Of a stretch of DNA of 61,533 bases, positions 47,114 to 56,190 are shown piece by piece; position 1 is the first letter of the stretch; the number at the start of each line of letters is the position of its first letter. The translations under genes and the position numbers were made by a program. The notes beneath the pieces are model-generated. The model worked only from the letters and a program-made list of their open reading frames with translations, made no database searches and was not told where the DNA came from. Location: the IMG/VR virus record IMGVR_UViG_3300020436_000012, positions 1 to 61,533 of that record; one strand, written 5' to 3'. The stretch is from a virus. Taxonomy: Duplodnaviria; Caudoviricetes.

Positions 47114-47827
47114 TTATTTAAAGCTTTTCTTTTGCCACTTTTTTCTTCTATACCAATTTTTTCTGTCATTTCTCATATCTTCTCTTGTTTCGTGTGCTCT
47201 AGTAAGAACTCCTCCTTTTAAATTAGTAATTGTGTGTTTCCATTCTTGTCTTTTAAAAGGTATAACTTGAATCATAGGCGTGCCCTCTTTTAGATCAATA
47301 TGATGACCAACATCTAGCCCTGGAAATATACAAGGAAAGTTAACGGTATTAAAATATTCATCTGTGTCGACTATGCCAGATAAAGGTATGTAAGGCATGT
47401 CATGGCGGTTAAATAAGGGAGTAAATATACAAGAATATCCGGGAGAGGTTTCTATAATCCAAGGGTTATAAAATTTTATAACTCTAAACCCAGAAAAAGG
47501 TGCGCCGGGATATTGAGACACGTCATGATTCTCTACAATCGTATATTTAGATAATCTGTCTCTTTCTTCTTCTGATTTCCATAGAATTTGATTTTCAGTA
47601 TCAGAAATAATTGCTAATGTTAAATCAAAAGGTAAGGGTATAATATACCCTGCTGTCATAGCATCTAAAAAAGGTATACATCTTTTAACTGTTTGATAAT
47701 CTTCTCGTTCTGCTTTTGGAGATAAATGTTTCATCCAATCAGGCACACCTTTAGAAGCTGGAAAAGGACTTGGAATCTCCAAGCCCTCCCACTCTCTAAC
47801 TAAATGAAATTTTATGTTTACTGTCAT
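47114..47827 (-). CDS. Hypothetical protein (possibly dUTPase-like beta fold/DUF6065-related)
   Basis: KRCIPFLDAMTAGY, PWIIETSPGYS, SGIVDTD, EGTPMIQVIPFKR. Confidence 0.55.
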   Translation of the reverse strand: MTVNIKFHLVREWEGLEIPSPFPASKGVPDWMKHLSPKAEREDYQTVKRCIPFLDAMTAGYIIPLPFDLTLAIISDTENQILWKSEEERDRLSKYTIVENHDVSQYPGAPFSGFRVIKFYNPWIIETSPGYSCIFTPLFNRHDMPYIPLSGIVDTDEYFNTVNFPCIFPGLDVGHHIDLKEGTPMIQVIPFKRQEWKHTITNLKGGVLTRAHETREDMRNDRKNWYRRKKWQKKSFK

Positions 47828-48627
47828 TATTTTGGGACTACATTAAAGTCAATGATTTGTTTTACATTTCCTTCAAACGTATAGGTACCAATATGGTTTA
47901 ACTCAGTTTTAGGGTCTAACCATATTTCCCCGCCTAATTTTTGCCACAACCTACAAAACCTGTAGTCTTCTGACAAATATCTTCTATCTTCTTCATCAAT
48001 ATGAGTATCAAAAAAAGCGTAACAATATTTTGCGACTTTTTCATCAATGTTACTATCATTTTTATAATGAAGTTCTGGATACTCAAGCATCATTCTTTCA
48101 AAGACTTCTCTTTTTATACAAAAGAACCCTGTACTAGCGTCTAGTACCTCTACTAACCCGTTTTCGTACCTAATTCTTTTTTGTACTGGGTCTATAAATT
48201 TAAAGTTTAATGCATATTGAATAGGTAAAGCTTTTTTTGGATAGGCACCAGCAACTATATCTTTATCTGCAGATACAGCTCTCATAATCGCTTCTGGTTG
48301 CCACTCAATGTCTGCATCTAAAAAGAATAGATGAGTAGCTTCACTATCTAGAAACATAGCTACTAGAATATTTCTAGCTCTAGTTACAAGACTTTCATTT
48401 CTTAGAGTAGTTAGCCTAAAAGAACAAGGTATTTGTGACAGTGCTTGAGTAGTTTTAAACATGCTCAAAAAGAACTGATCTGTTATCATACCTCCATAAC
48501 AAGGAGTAGCGAAAAATATATTTTGCTTTTTCAAAAACTCATGATCAATAGGCGCTTCCTCGTCAAAATTTTGAGGAGTTTCTACGATTGACTCCTCTTC
48601 TACTACCATATCAGACAATTTTACCAT
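47827..48627 (-). CDS. GT-A fold glycosyltransferase-like protein
   Basis: ATPCYGG, ESLVTRARN, FLDADI (DxD), TGFFCIKREVF, SEDYRFC. Confidence 0.85.
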   Translation of the reverse strand: MVKLSDMVVEEESIVETPQNFDEEAPIDHEFLKKQNIFFATPCYGGMITDQFFLSMFKTTQALSQIPCSFRLTTLRNESLVTRARNILVAMFLDSEATHLFFLDADIEWQPEAIMRAVSADKDIVAGAYPKKALPIQYALNFKFIDPVQKRIRYENGLVEVLDASTGFFCIKREVFERMMLEYPELHYKNDSNIDEKVAKYCYAFFDTHIDEEDRRYLSEDYRFCRLWQKLGGEIWLDPKTELNHIGTYTFEGNVKQIIDFNVVPK

Positions 48628-49280
48628 TAGTCTAGATCCTCAACTCCCTCTACAATAGCTTCATCTCCTGCTTCTCCTGCGAAGTAAGCAGTGTTTTGTA
48701 CTAACCATTGTTTTTGTTCGTCATAGGTTTGGCGTTTATAGATACGATCAAGATCATACCCTTCTAGACCTTTTTCTGCTTCTGTTAAAGCTACGCTTGC
48801 TCTTGCAGGAATACAAGTATACTTTACATTTTGAGGCAGAGGTCCTGTTTTTTCTTTCTTAATGGTAATATCGTAACCTGTAGTATCGTCTGCAGGGTTA
48901 CCATACTCTGGATTTGACGCATAATCTACAATTTGTCTATATATTGTAGACCTTAAATCAAACAATTTAATTTTTCCATCCGATCTATCTAGAGCGTTAC
49001 AAACATAAGCGAATTGAGGCTTATCTGCAAAAATTGCTTCATCAAGTTCTTTGAATGGGTCGGGTTGTGTATCATCAAACTGTTCAGTCGCTCGACTAAA
49101 CCTCAGACACTCAACAGGCATTTTTTTACCTTCATTTGTTGTGATCCAGTAAACATACCTAGGCAATACATCTCCGATAAGTCTTACCTTAGTATCGCCA
49201 ATTTGTAAAGAAAGTCTTTCGACTTCTCTTCTTTGGGTGTTACCACCCGTGTTTCCTTTTGCTTTATCCCATGATACCAT
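48627..49280 (-). CDS. D11: T5 D11-like protein (putative ssDNA-binding)
   Basis: VRLIGDVLPRYVYW, GNPADDTTGYDI, KTGPLPQNVKY, acidic tail; synteny. Confidence 0.85.
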   Translation of the reverse strand: MVSWDKAKGNTGGNTQRREVERLSLQIGDTKVRLIGDVLPRYVYWITTNEGKKMPVECLRFSRATEQFDDTQPDPFKELDEAIFADKPQFAYVCNALDRSDGKIKLFDLRSTIYRQIVDYASNPEYGNPADDTTGYDITIKKEKTGPLPQNVKYTCIPARASVALTEAEKGLEGYDLDRIYKRQTYDEQKQWLVQNTAYFAGEAGDEAIVEGVEDLD

Positions 49281-49281
49281 A

Positions 49282-49824
49282 CTATTTTTCTCCTTTGTTT
49301 CGTATTAATTCTGGAACGAAAACTATTTTGTCTTCGATGGTTTTTATAAATGGATTATCAATTGCCCATATAATTTGTTCTTGTGTTAGAAATTTTTGAG
49401 GAATTCTTGCAGACAAATCGTCTGCGGGTCTCATTGCTAATAGAAATAAATATTCTAATTTTTTTCTAACAGGACAAATAGCGGTTAAAAAACTTCCATT
49501 TGTAAAATAACTTTGTTCATCTCTACACATATAATGAGAAATTACCTCTTTATATTCAAGAGTAATCATTATGTGATTGTTTCTTATAATTTTTGTGGGA
49601 ATACTACTTATGTGTAGATTTTTACATAGGCTATGTGTATTCTTAGCCATTAATGTATTATATCTTTTATATAGAGCATAAGTCAAGATTAATATACCTT
49701 CAGGGTGCCCCCCTGCTTCTTTTTTTAACTCGTACCAATTATAGTAAGTCTTACTTGACTTTCTTTTTTTGTCTATCTCTTTCATCCAATCATAGCTCAT
49801 AACTTCTTTGTCCATACCAATCAT
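49282..49824 (-). CDS. Conserved T5-like hypothetical protein
   Basis: Between D10 and D11 as in T5-like phages; start uncertain. Confidence 0.6.
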   Translation of the reverse strand: MIGMDKEVMSYDWMKEIDKKRKSSKTYYNWYELKKEAGGHPEGILILTYALYKRYNTLMAKNTHSLCKNLHISSIPTKIIRNNHIMITLEYKEVISHYMCRDEQSYFTNGSFLTAICPVRKKLEYLFLLAMRPADDLSARIPQKFLTQEQIIWAIDNPFIKTIEDKIVFVPELIRNKGEK

Positions 49825-51091
49825 ATCTAATTTTTTGTTGTTTTCCCACTATTGGTCCTTTTAACCAAAAGTCCACCACTAAAGGTCTTTGTTTATCAGG
49901 ATGCTCTCTTATTATTCTACCAATTCTTTGTTCTAACTTGATAGGGTTATTACTTGGACAAGTTAAAAATAGCGTATCTAATCTATGGCAACTTATACCT
50001 TCGTCAAATAATTTAGTACTTAATACACATCTATATTTGCTGCCTACATTTTCTAGTGTTTCTTTTCTTTCTTCTTCTTTTGTTGACCCTATCATTAATG
50101 CGCTATTCGGTATTAATTTACTAAGTTCTTTTAACATATCTAGTCTATCTGCTAATATTAAAGGACACCTACCATTAGCAATTTTTTCAATAGCTGTTTT
50201 CGCTATCAATTCTATGTAGTTTGTGTTTTTAGAAAGTTTATTTATTTGACGACTCCAATCTCTTTTAGGCTCAATTACTATAAAAGGAATGTCTGTTGAA
50301 ATTATTTCTATTTTAGGGTCTAATAATACTCTTGGATCTTTGGCAAAGGATTTAAAAGAAGTAAAATAATCATCTAAGTAAACATGTTTACCATCTTTTC
50401 TTTTTGGTGTAGCTGTGATAGCTATTTTTGCGCGACAATTCACAGAATTTACTGCTTGAGAAAACATATCTGCGGGGCATAAATGTGCCTCATCTACAAT
50501 CAATAAACTAAATTCATCATGTATTTGATCCATGTTGTTTAAAACGCTTTTGTAAATACCAACGGTTATATCTTCCACAGAATATAATCCATCACCAATT
50601 TTACCTATGTTTACAAAAGGTATTTGGTTTTCTAATTCTTCAATCCACTGTCTAAATAATAATTTTGTATGAACTAAAATTAAAGTTTTTTTCTCTGCCC
50701 TTGCAATTAAGTTGCAAGCTACATATGTTTTTCCCCAACCACAAGGTGCTTGAAATAGTCCACTTCTAACTCTATCACCTATTGAAAAAAACTCATCTAC
50801 CATAACTTGTTGTTCTGGTCTTAGCTGTCCACTAAAAGGGAAAGGCCCTGTCGCATCATCAAAGTTTCTTAAATCTTCATATTCTTCAAAGTCTAATTTT
50901 TTATATGAGTTACTTGGTACAGCGTATATTTCTTTGTCCTCATCGTGTTCGTAAGTAAATAATATTTCATCACCTACGTTATAAGTATACGCCTGTAAAA
51001 AAGAATCTAAATCTTCAATATCAGATTCTTTTATATATATTTTATCTGCTATAGTTGCGTGTTTTATTTTTATTTTTTTAAACGTACTCAT
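49790..51091 (-). CDS. D10: SF2 DNA helicase (T5 D10-like)
   Basis: APCGWGKT, DEAH, TATP, QRIGRI. Confidence 0.93.
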   Translation of the reverse strand: MSTFKKIKIKHATIADKIYIKESDIEDLDSFLQAYTYNVGDEILFTYEHDEDKEIYAVPSNSYKKLDFEEYEDLRNFDDATGPFPFSGQLRPEQQVMVDEFFSIGDRVRSGLFQAPCGWGKTYVACNLIARAEKKTLILVHTKLLFRQWIEELENQIPFVNIGKIGDGLYSVEDITVGIYKSVLNNMDQIHDEFSLLIVDEAHLCPADMFSQAVNSVNCRAKIAITATPKRKDGKHVYLDDYFTSFKSFAKDPRVLLDPKIEIISTDIPFIVIEPKRDWSRQINKLSKNTNYIELIAKTAIEKIANGRCPLILADRLDMLKELSKLIPNSALMIGSTKEEERKETLENVGSKYRCVLSTKLFDEGISCHRLDTLFLTCPSNNPIKLEQRIGRIIREHPDKQRPLVVDFWLKGPIVGKQQKIRYDWYGQRSYEL

Positions 51092-51869
51092 GTAATAATG
51101 CCATTCTTACGAACAACCCGTTTTTCATTTGTTCAAAATATTTTGCCCTAGGATCGTCATCAAACCACCTAGGTATTTCTTCGTTTCTAGGAAAGGGGTG
51201 CATTACTATAGCGTTATCAGGGATATGCTTAATGTGTTCTTTTCTCATAGAGTAACCACCTTCGCTACCTCTTTCTTTTTGTACTCTAGTTAAGTAGTAT
51301 ATGTCACTAGCAGGCCAAATACTTTTATCAAAAGTATCTGCATAGTGTTTAGTACAACTGTCCAAAGCTTTATCTAAACTGTGTACTGTTCTACCGTTTT
51401 CGATGTCTCCGACAAAAGTAATAGTTAAATCAGTGATTCTTTCAAATTTTTCCCAAATTGTATACAAATCTAGGAGTGTTTGAGTTGGGTGTTCTCCATT
51501 TCCGTCTCCTGCATTTATAATAGGAACAGAACTTATCTCTGCGGCTTTTTTTGCATCTCCAGCATTTTTACTTCTTAAAGCAATAATATCACAATAGTTA
51601 CCCATAGTAATAATAGTGTCTTCTAAATTCTCCCCTTTAGAAACACTACTATAATTTACGTCATTAATAGATATCACTTGTCCCCCAATTCTCCACATAG
51701 CTGAGGCAAAAGAAGAAGATGTCCTAGTAGAAGGTTCATAAAATAAATTACATAATATTAAATTTTTATTAGGACAATATATATCTCCAAGTTTAAACGA
51801 TGTCACTAAGTTAAAAAAATCTTTATAATTACCTAGGTCCCAATCATCAAGACTAACTAAGTGTTTCAC
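51078..51869 (-). CDS. pyrB: Aspartate carbamoyltransferase catalytic subunit (short form)
   Basis: FYEPSTRT, KGENLEDT, HPTQTLLD, GRTVHS, TRVQKER, MHPFPR. Confidence 0.95.
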   Translation of the reverse strand: MKHLVSLDDWDLGNYKDFFNLVTSFKLGDIYCPNKNLILCNLFYEPSTRTSSSFASAMWRIGGQVISINDVNYSSVSKGENLEDTIITMGNYCDIIALRSKNAGDAKKAAEISSVPIINAGDGNGEHPTQTLLDLYTIWEKFERITDLTITFVGDIENGRTVHSLDKALDSCTKHYADTFDKSIWPASDIYYLTRVQKERGSEGGYSMRKEHIKHIPDNAIVMHPFPRNEEIPRWFDDDPRAKYFEQMKNGLFVRMALLHEYV

Positions 51870-52228
51870 TATCTTTCGTCTCCAAGTAAGGCAACTCGGT
51901 CAATCTCTTCTCGTATTTTTGTAGCAGATATTTCTTCTATCTCATGTGAAAAAGATTCTTGCTCAATTTTGTAACCAACATCTCTTCCATATGTAATATT
52001 TACTATATTTGGAACATTCATCACTATGAAATCTTCTCCAGCTTTATATCCAGACATTTCTAAATCGTATACCATTTGTTGTCTGTTGTGGTGTTTTTCT
52101 CCAGTCTCGCGTACCATTATGACCACTTGGCCAGTTTTTGCGTGAGCACGTTTGAAAAGCTCTCTGTGTCCCTCATGCCAGGGTTGAAATCTTCCAAGCA
52201 TTTGTACAGTTGGTTTTGTTCTATCCAT
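51869..52228 (-). CDS. Cytidylyl/adenylyltransferase-like HxGH protein
   Basis: GRFQPWHEGH; ISATKIR. Confidence 0.85.
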   Translation of the reverse strand: MDRTKPTVQMLGRFQPWHEGHRELFKRAHAKTGQVVIMVRETGEKHHNRQQMVYDLEMSGYKAGEDFIVMNVPNIVNITYGRDVGYKIEQESFSHEIEEISATKIREEIDRVALLGDER

Positions 52229-52572
52229 TTTGTTATCCTTAAATCGTATTTTTGTGGTGGTTTAAATAGTTTATTTGTGTCTTCATATTCGCTTTTTTCT
52301 ACTGTATCCATCCAGATAAGTAAATCAGGAAAGAAAAAAGTTCTATATCCCGGTAAAGGTGCGATAAAAGCAGCAATACTCATAGGGTCTAACTCTGATA
52401 ATTTTCTCATTCTAAGAGCCTGTCTTTCTCTTCCTGACGAAGAAAAATCCCAATCATTATATATTTTTCTAACATCATCAGCATCCCAAAAGGGAACGCC
52501 AAAATGTTTTCCTAATTTTTCTCCCAACCAAGTCTTGCCGGAACCTGGCAGTCCCATAATTAATATTCTCAT
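52117..52572 (-). CDS. Adenylylsulfate-kinase-like P-loop kinase
   Basis: GLPGSGKT, DADDVR, DFSSSGRERQ, IAP. Confidence 0.8.
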   Translation of the reverse strand: MRILIMGLPGSGKTWLGEKLGKHFGVPFWDADDVRKIYNDWDFSSSGRERQALRMRKLSELDPMSIAAFIAPLPGYRTFFFPDLLIWMDTVEKSEYEDTNKLFKPPQKYDLRITKWIEQNQLYKCLEDFNPGMRDTESFSNVLTQKLAKWS

Positions 52573-53072
52573 AAGTGTATCGCAATCCTATTATGTTTTG
52601 AAAAAGAAAATTCTAAAGGATGCCAACGCTTATCAATATTTACAAGAGTTACATAGTAATTTTCTTCTATATTTATGTTATCGGTATTTATTTCAAAGGG
52701 GTAGCTAATTTCGTGTACCCAAATTAAATTTTCTTTTATCTTTTTTATCTTACAGCAAATTAAGTTAAACTTTTGTTTTATAGACAAATCATATATTTGA
52801 GCATTACTATCAACTCCCCACTTACACTTAGAATTTATCACTTCTCTTACGTTTCTACAAGTGTATTTAAAATGTACTTTTGTGTATTTTTTACTTAACA
52901 TCTGCACTTGTCTAAAAAAATAATCTCCTTGTAAATTTTTATCGTCTAAAACTTTCCACTGATAATCAGATTCATTTAGTTTTATTTCTATTTTACTAAC
53001 ATCAAATTTAATATCAAAAGGTTTTTCTTTTAAACCGTAAAAGGGAAATTCTATTCCTTTATACTTGCTCAT
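52569..53072 (-). CDS. Conserved T5-like hypothetical protein downstream of the polymerase
   Basis: IEFPFY, VLDDKNLQGDY; start moved to ATG 53072 (ATGA overlap with pol stop). Confidence 0.65.
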   Translation of the reverse strand: MSKYKGIEFPFYGLKEKPFDIKFDVSKIEIKLNESDYQWKVLDDKNLQGDYFFRQVQMLSKKYTKVHFKYTCRNVREVINSKCKWGVDSNAQIYDLSIKQKFNLICCKIKKIKENLIWVHEISYPFEINTDNINIEENYYVTLVNIDKRWHPLEFSFSKHNRIAIHL

Positions 53073-55327
53073 GAGTAGTCCGTTAAGTCTCCCCAACTAG
53101 GTCCTACTTCAAAGTCCATTCCTATAGGACACCCCTCGATAGAACATCCCCTATCTTTTTGAATAAACTCTTTGACTTTAATAATATAGTCATCTACTAA
53201 TTCATCTTTTACTTCTGCCACAATAGAGTCGTGCACAACGGTAAAAGGTATTATTTGATTTCCAATATTCTCTTTTTCTACCCAATTTAGTAGATCAATT
53301 ACTCCAAACAGATTAATATCAGAAGCCACACTTTGTACTAAAAAGTTAACCCCAGAACGAATAGCGTGTTTAGCTACTCCAGGGTTAGGAGATTGAGATT
53401 CTGGTAATCTTCTTTTTCTACCAAAAAAACTATAAATATAAGCATTGTTTTCTATAAAAGTATTACTGTTATCAATAAACTTTTTCAATTCTCTAGCTTC
53501 TTTAAAATATTTATTGATAAATATTCTAGCTTCTGCAGCCTGTACTTCAGCAGTTTCCGCAATTTTTGCAGGACCTGCTTGATACATAATACCAAAAGTA
53601 ATAGCTTTAGCATGTTGTCTCTTATCGGGATATTCATTTTTTACTTCATTAACTTCACAAGGAAGATTAAAAATTTGTTTAGCAATATAAGAATGAAAAT
53701 CTAATTTATCAATAAACGCTTTTTGTAAAAATCTATCTCCGGCAAGTGCTGCTGCATAATATACTTCTGCAGTTCCTAAGTCGCCTTGTACAATAGTAAA
53801 CCCCGGTCTAGCTTTAAACATTTTTTTAATGTCTTTGTTGTCTCGTGGGATGTTTTGATAGTTAAGAACTCCAGAGCTTGATAGTCTACCGCTTGTAGTT
53901 CCTTGAATATTAAACCCACTCCTGAGTCTATTATCTTTATCAATTCCTTTTAGAATATTTGCAATATAAGTACCTCTAAGTTTATTCTTTTCTCGCAAGT
54001 CTAGAACAGCTTCAGCTAGTGGGTGCCCCAATTCTTGTAGGACTTCTTTGTCAACAGACCACGCACCTGTGGCTGTTTTCTTTGTGGGTTTTAGCTTCAA
54101 GATTGTAAAAAATAATTCTCGTAATTGCATAGTGCTATTTGGGTTAAAGGTTTTTTCATATATTCTCTCAAATCTTTGAACTGCTTCGTGTAAGAATATC
54201 TCGTTCTGACACTCTTCAATATCAATAGCATAGTTTTCATCAAGAGACTCTAAAGCTTTAACATCAATAGGGCCACCATTATTTTCTAACTGCATTAATG
54301 CTTTTGTTGCTGGTCTAAGAATTTCTCCATATAACTTATTAAACCTTTGATTATTTTCTACTAGTGGCTTAAATTTATTATAAAGTTGAAAAGTTGCATC
54401 AGCATCTTTACAAGCATAAGGTCCTAATATGTCTTGAGGTAACATACCATAATTAAAATCTTCTAGTTTTATTTTATTTTTACGAGCAAAAGTTTTCTTG
54501 TAATCATCCAACTCACGTTCGTAATCTCCAAGATCTGTAAACCTTAATGCTAAAGGTTTGAGACCGTGTGTACCAACAGCTTCCTCTAAACAATAATGAA
54601 GAAGCATTGTGTCATCAAAACTAGGGAAGTCAAAACCATATTCATATTTTAAAAACCCCATATCGAACTTTGCATTATGAAAAACACAATGTGAGTTTCT
54701 AAAGATTTCATGAAGCTCACACTCTTCACTGTCCTCATCAAAAGAAGCTTCTACAACATCGTTTAGCACATATATGCCTTCATTAGCTTGAGTGCTTAAG
54801 GCAATACCAAGAACGTGTCCAGTTCTTGGAGAAAGGCTAGTAGTTTCAATGTCAACTACAATAGTATCTGCTTTTCTAAGTTTTTGTAAATAATCTTCAT
54901 AGTCGTATTCATTATCAATAATTCGATAATCTTTTTCCACTGTTTTTCCAAAATCTTCGTCAGATAGAATGTCTGGAATTTTATTAAACGCTTTTATAAT
55001 CTCATCTTCGTATTGTGGTTTAAAAACTATAAGGTTAGGATGCATTATTGGAAGATATTTTTTCTCTAAATGTACTCCATTATACTTAGTAATTCCAGTA
55101 ATTCCTGCTGTGTATTTTAACGATTCTGCGCCTATAGGACATATAAGTTTATAACTATCTAACACAGACATGTCCATGTCTATATCTTTTTTAAGAATTT
55201 TTTCTTTATTGTCTGAACATAAAAAGTGTATATCATATTTTTCAATGTCACTAGGTATATATTTTTTAATTACAGCATCTGCTGCTTTTTCTGCTTTTGA
55301 CGCAAAAACAAAACATGTTTCAGTCAT
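53069..55327 (-). CDS. pol: Family A DNA polymerase with 3'-5' exonuclease (T5-like)
   Basis: DIETT, HNAKFD, TSGRLSS, QNIPR, RQHAKAITFG, VHDSI; degenerate UDG-like N-terminus. Confidence 0.97.
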   Translation of the reverse strand: MTETCFVFASKAEKAADAVIKKYIPSDIEKYDIHFLCSDNKEKILKKDIDMDMSVLDSYKLICPIGAESLKYTAGITGITKYNGVHLEKKYLPIMHPNLIVFKPQYEDEIIKAFNKIPDILSDEDFGKTVEKDYRIIDNEYDYEDYLQKLRKADTIVVDIETTSLSPRTGHVLGIALSTQANEGIYVLNDVVEASFDEDSEECELHEIFRNSHCVFHNAKFDMGFLKYEYGFDFPSFDDTMLLHYCLEEAVGTHGLKPLALRFTDLGDYERELDDYKKTFARKNKIKLEDFNYGMLPQDILGPYACKDADATFQLYNKFKPLVENNQRFNKLYGEILRPATKALMQLENNGGPIDVKALESLDENYAIDIEECQNEIFLHEAVQRFERIYEKTFNPNSTMQLRELFFTILKLKPTKKTATGAWSVDKEVLQELGHPLAEAVLDLREKNKLRGTYIANILKGIDKDNRLRSGFNIQGTTSGRLSSSGVLNYQNIPRDNKDIKKMFKARPGFTIVQGDLGTAEVYYAAALAGDRFLQKAFIDKLDFHSYIAKQIFNLPCEVNEVKNEYPDKRQHAKAITFGIMYQAGPAKIAETAEVQAAEARIFINKYFKEARELKKFIDNSNTFIENNAYIYSFFGRKRRLPESQSPNPGVAKHAIRSGVNFLVQSVASDINLFGVIDLLNWVEKENIGNQIIPFTVVHDSIVAEVKDELVDDYIIKVKEFIQKDRGCSIEGCPIGMDFEVGPSWGDLTDYS

Positions 55328-56190
55328 TAATTTATTTCCTTTAATAAATGTTTAATTTCAGTTTGTAGCAGGTCTCCAGGGTCTTTTCCATAAGGTAATT
55401 CAATAATCTTAGATTGAATATCCACTTTTTCAACTAAGCTTTGTATTCTTTGGGCTGCCCTGCGTCCTGCATCGTCTCCGTCCATCATAATACTTACCTT
55501 TATAACTCCAAGTTTTTCTAACAATTCTACTTTTTTAGCGTTGAAGTTAGCTGTCCCAAAAATACAAACAGCATTTTCGTAACCTAAGTTCCACATGTTA
55601 ATTACATCGAACAGCCCTTCAACTAATATCAAGTGTTTTTTATCTTTTACTTTGTCTATGGGAAATAAAATATCACTTATTTGAGCGTTGTTAGGTTGTC
55701 GATAATATTTCGGTTTATCATTGTTAAACCTATTTCTTCCTTCTATAAATCTTAGTTTACCAAATTGTTTGATCGGAACGCAAATATAATCTTCAAACCC
55801 ATACTCTGTTGTATAAAACGCTTCAAAAAACTTTAGAGTTTCTGGTTTTATATTTCTAAAAGCGTCGTGCGCGTCTCTAAAGTTTTTGGGCATTGAAAAA
55901 TTTCCATACTCAATTTTTTGATTAAGTTTTTCTCTAAGTTTTCTAATTTTATAAGGCTGTTTACTTTCTAGTGGGAGTTTTGTTGCGATACCAATAGAAG
56001 ATAAAAACTTAGATGATCCGCCAGAAAAATCGCAAGCCCAACAATGAAATATATTACTATCTAAATTATATTGTAAGCTAGGATTAGTGTCTTCATGTAA
56101 TCCACTAGTGCAAGCTATTAGAAGTTCTGAAGGATTATTAGTTTTTTTGTATGATATACCTTTTTTATCTAATATTTCTACTAAGTCCAT
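55327..56190 (-). CDS. DNA primase
   Basis: C...HEDTNPS...HCWAC zinc finger; VEGLFD and DGDDAG TOPRIM motifs. Confidence 0.95.
   Translation of the reverse strand: MDLVEILDKKGISYKKTNNPSELLIACTSGLHEDTNPSLQYNLDSNIFHCWACDFSGGSSKFLSSIGIATKLPLESKQPYKIRKLREKLNQKIEYGNFSMPKNFRDAHDAFRNIKPETLKFFEAFYTTEYGFEDYICVPIKQFGKLRFIEGRNRFNNDKPKYYRQPNNAQISDILFPIDKVKDKKHLILVEGLFDVINMWNLGYENAVCIFGTANFNAKKVELLEKLGVIKVSIMMDGDDAGRRAAQRIQSLVEKVDIQSKIIELPYGKDPGDLLQTEIKHLLKEIN

Noticed and set aside
52076-52708. 210-aa + strand ORF
   Set aside because: Antisense to three genes on the coding strand; no motifs of its own
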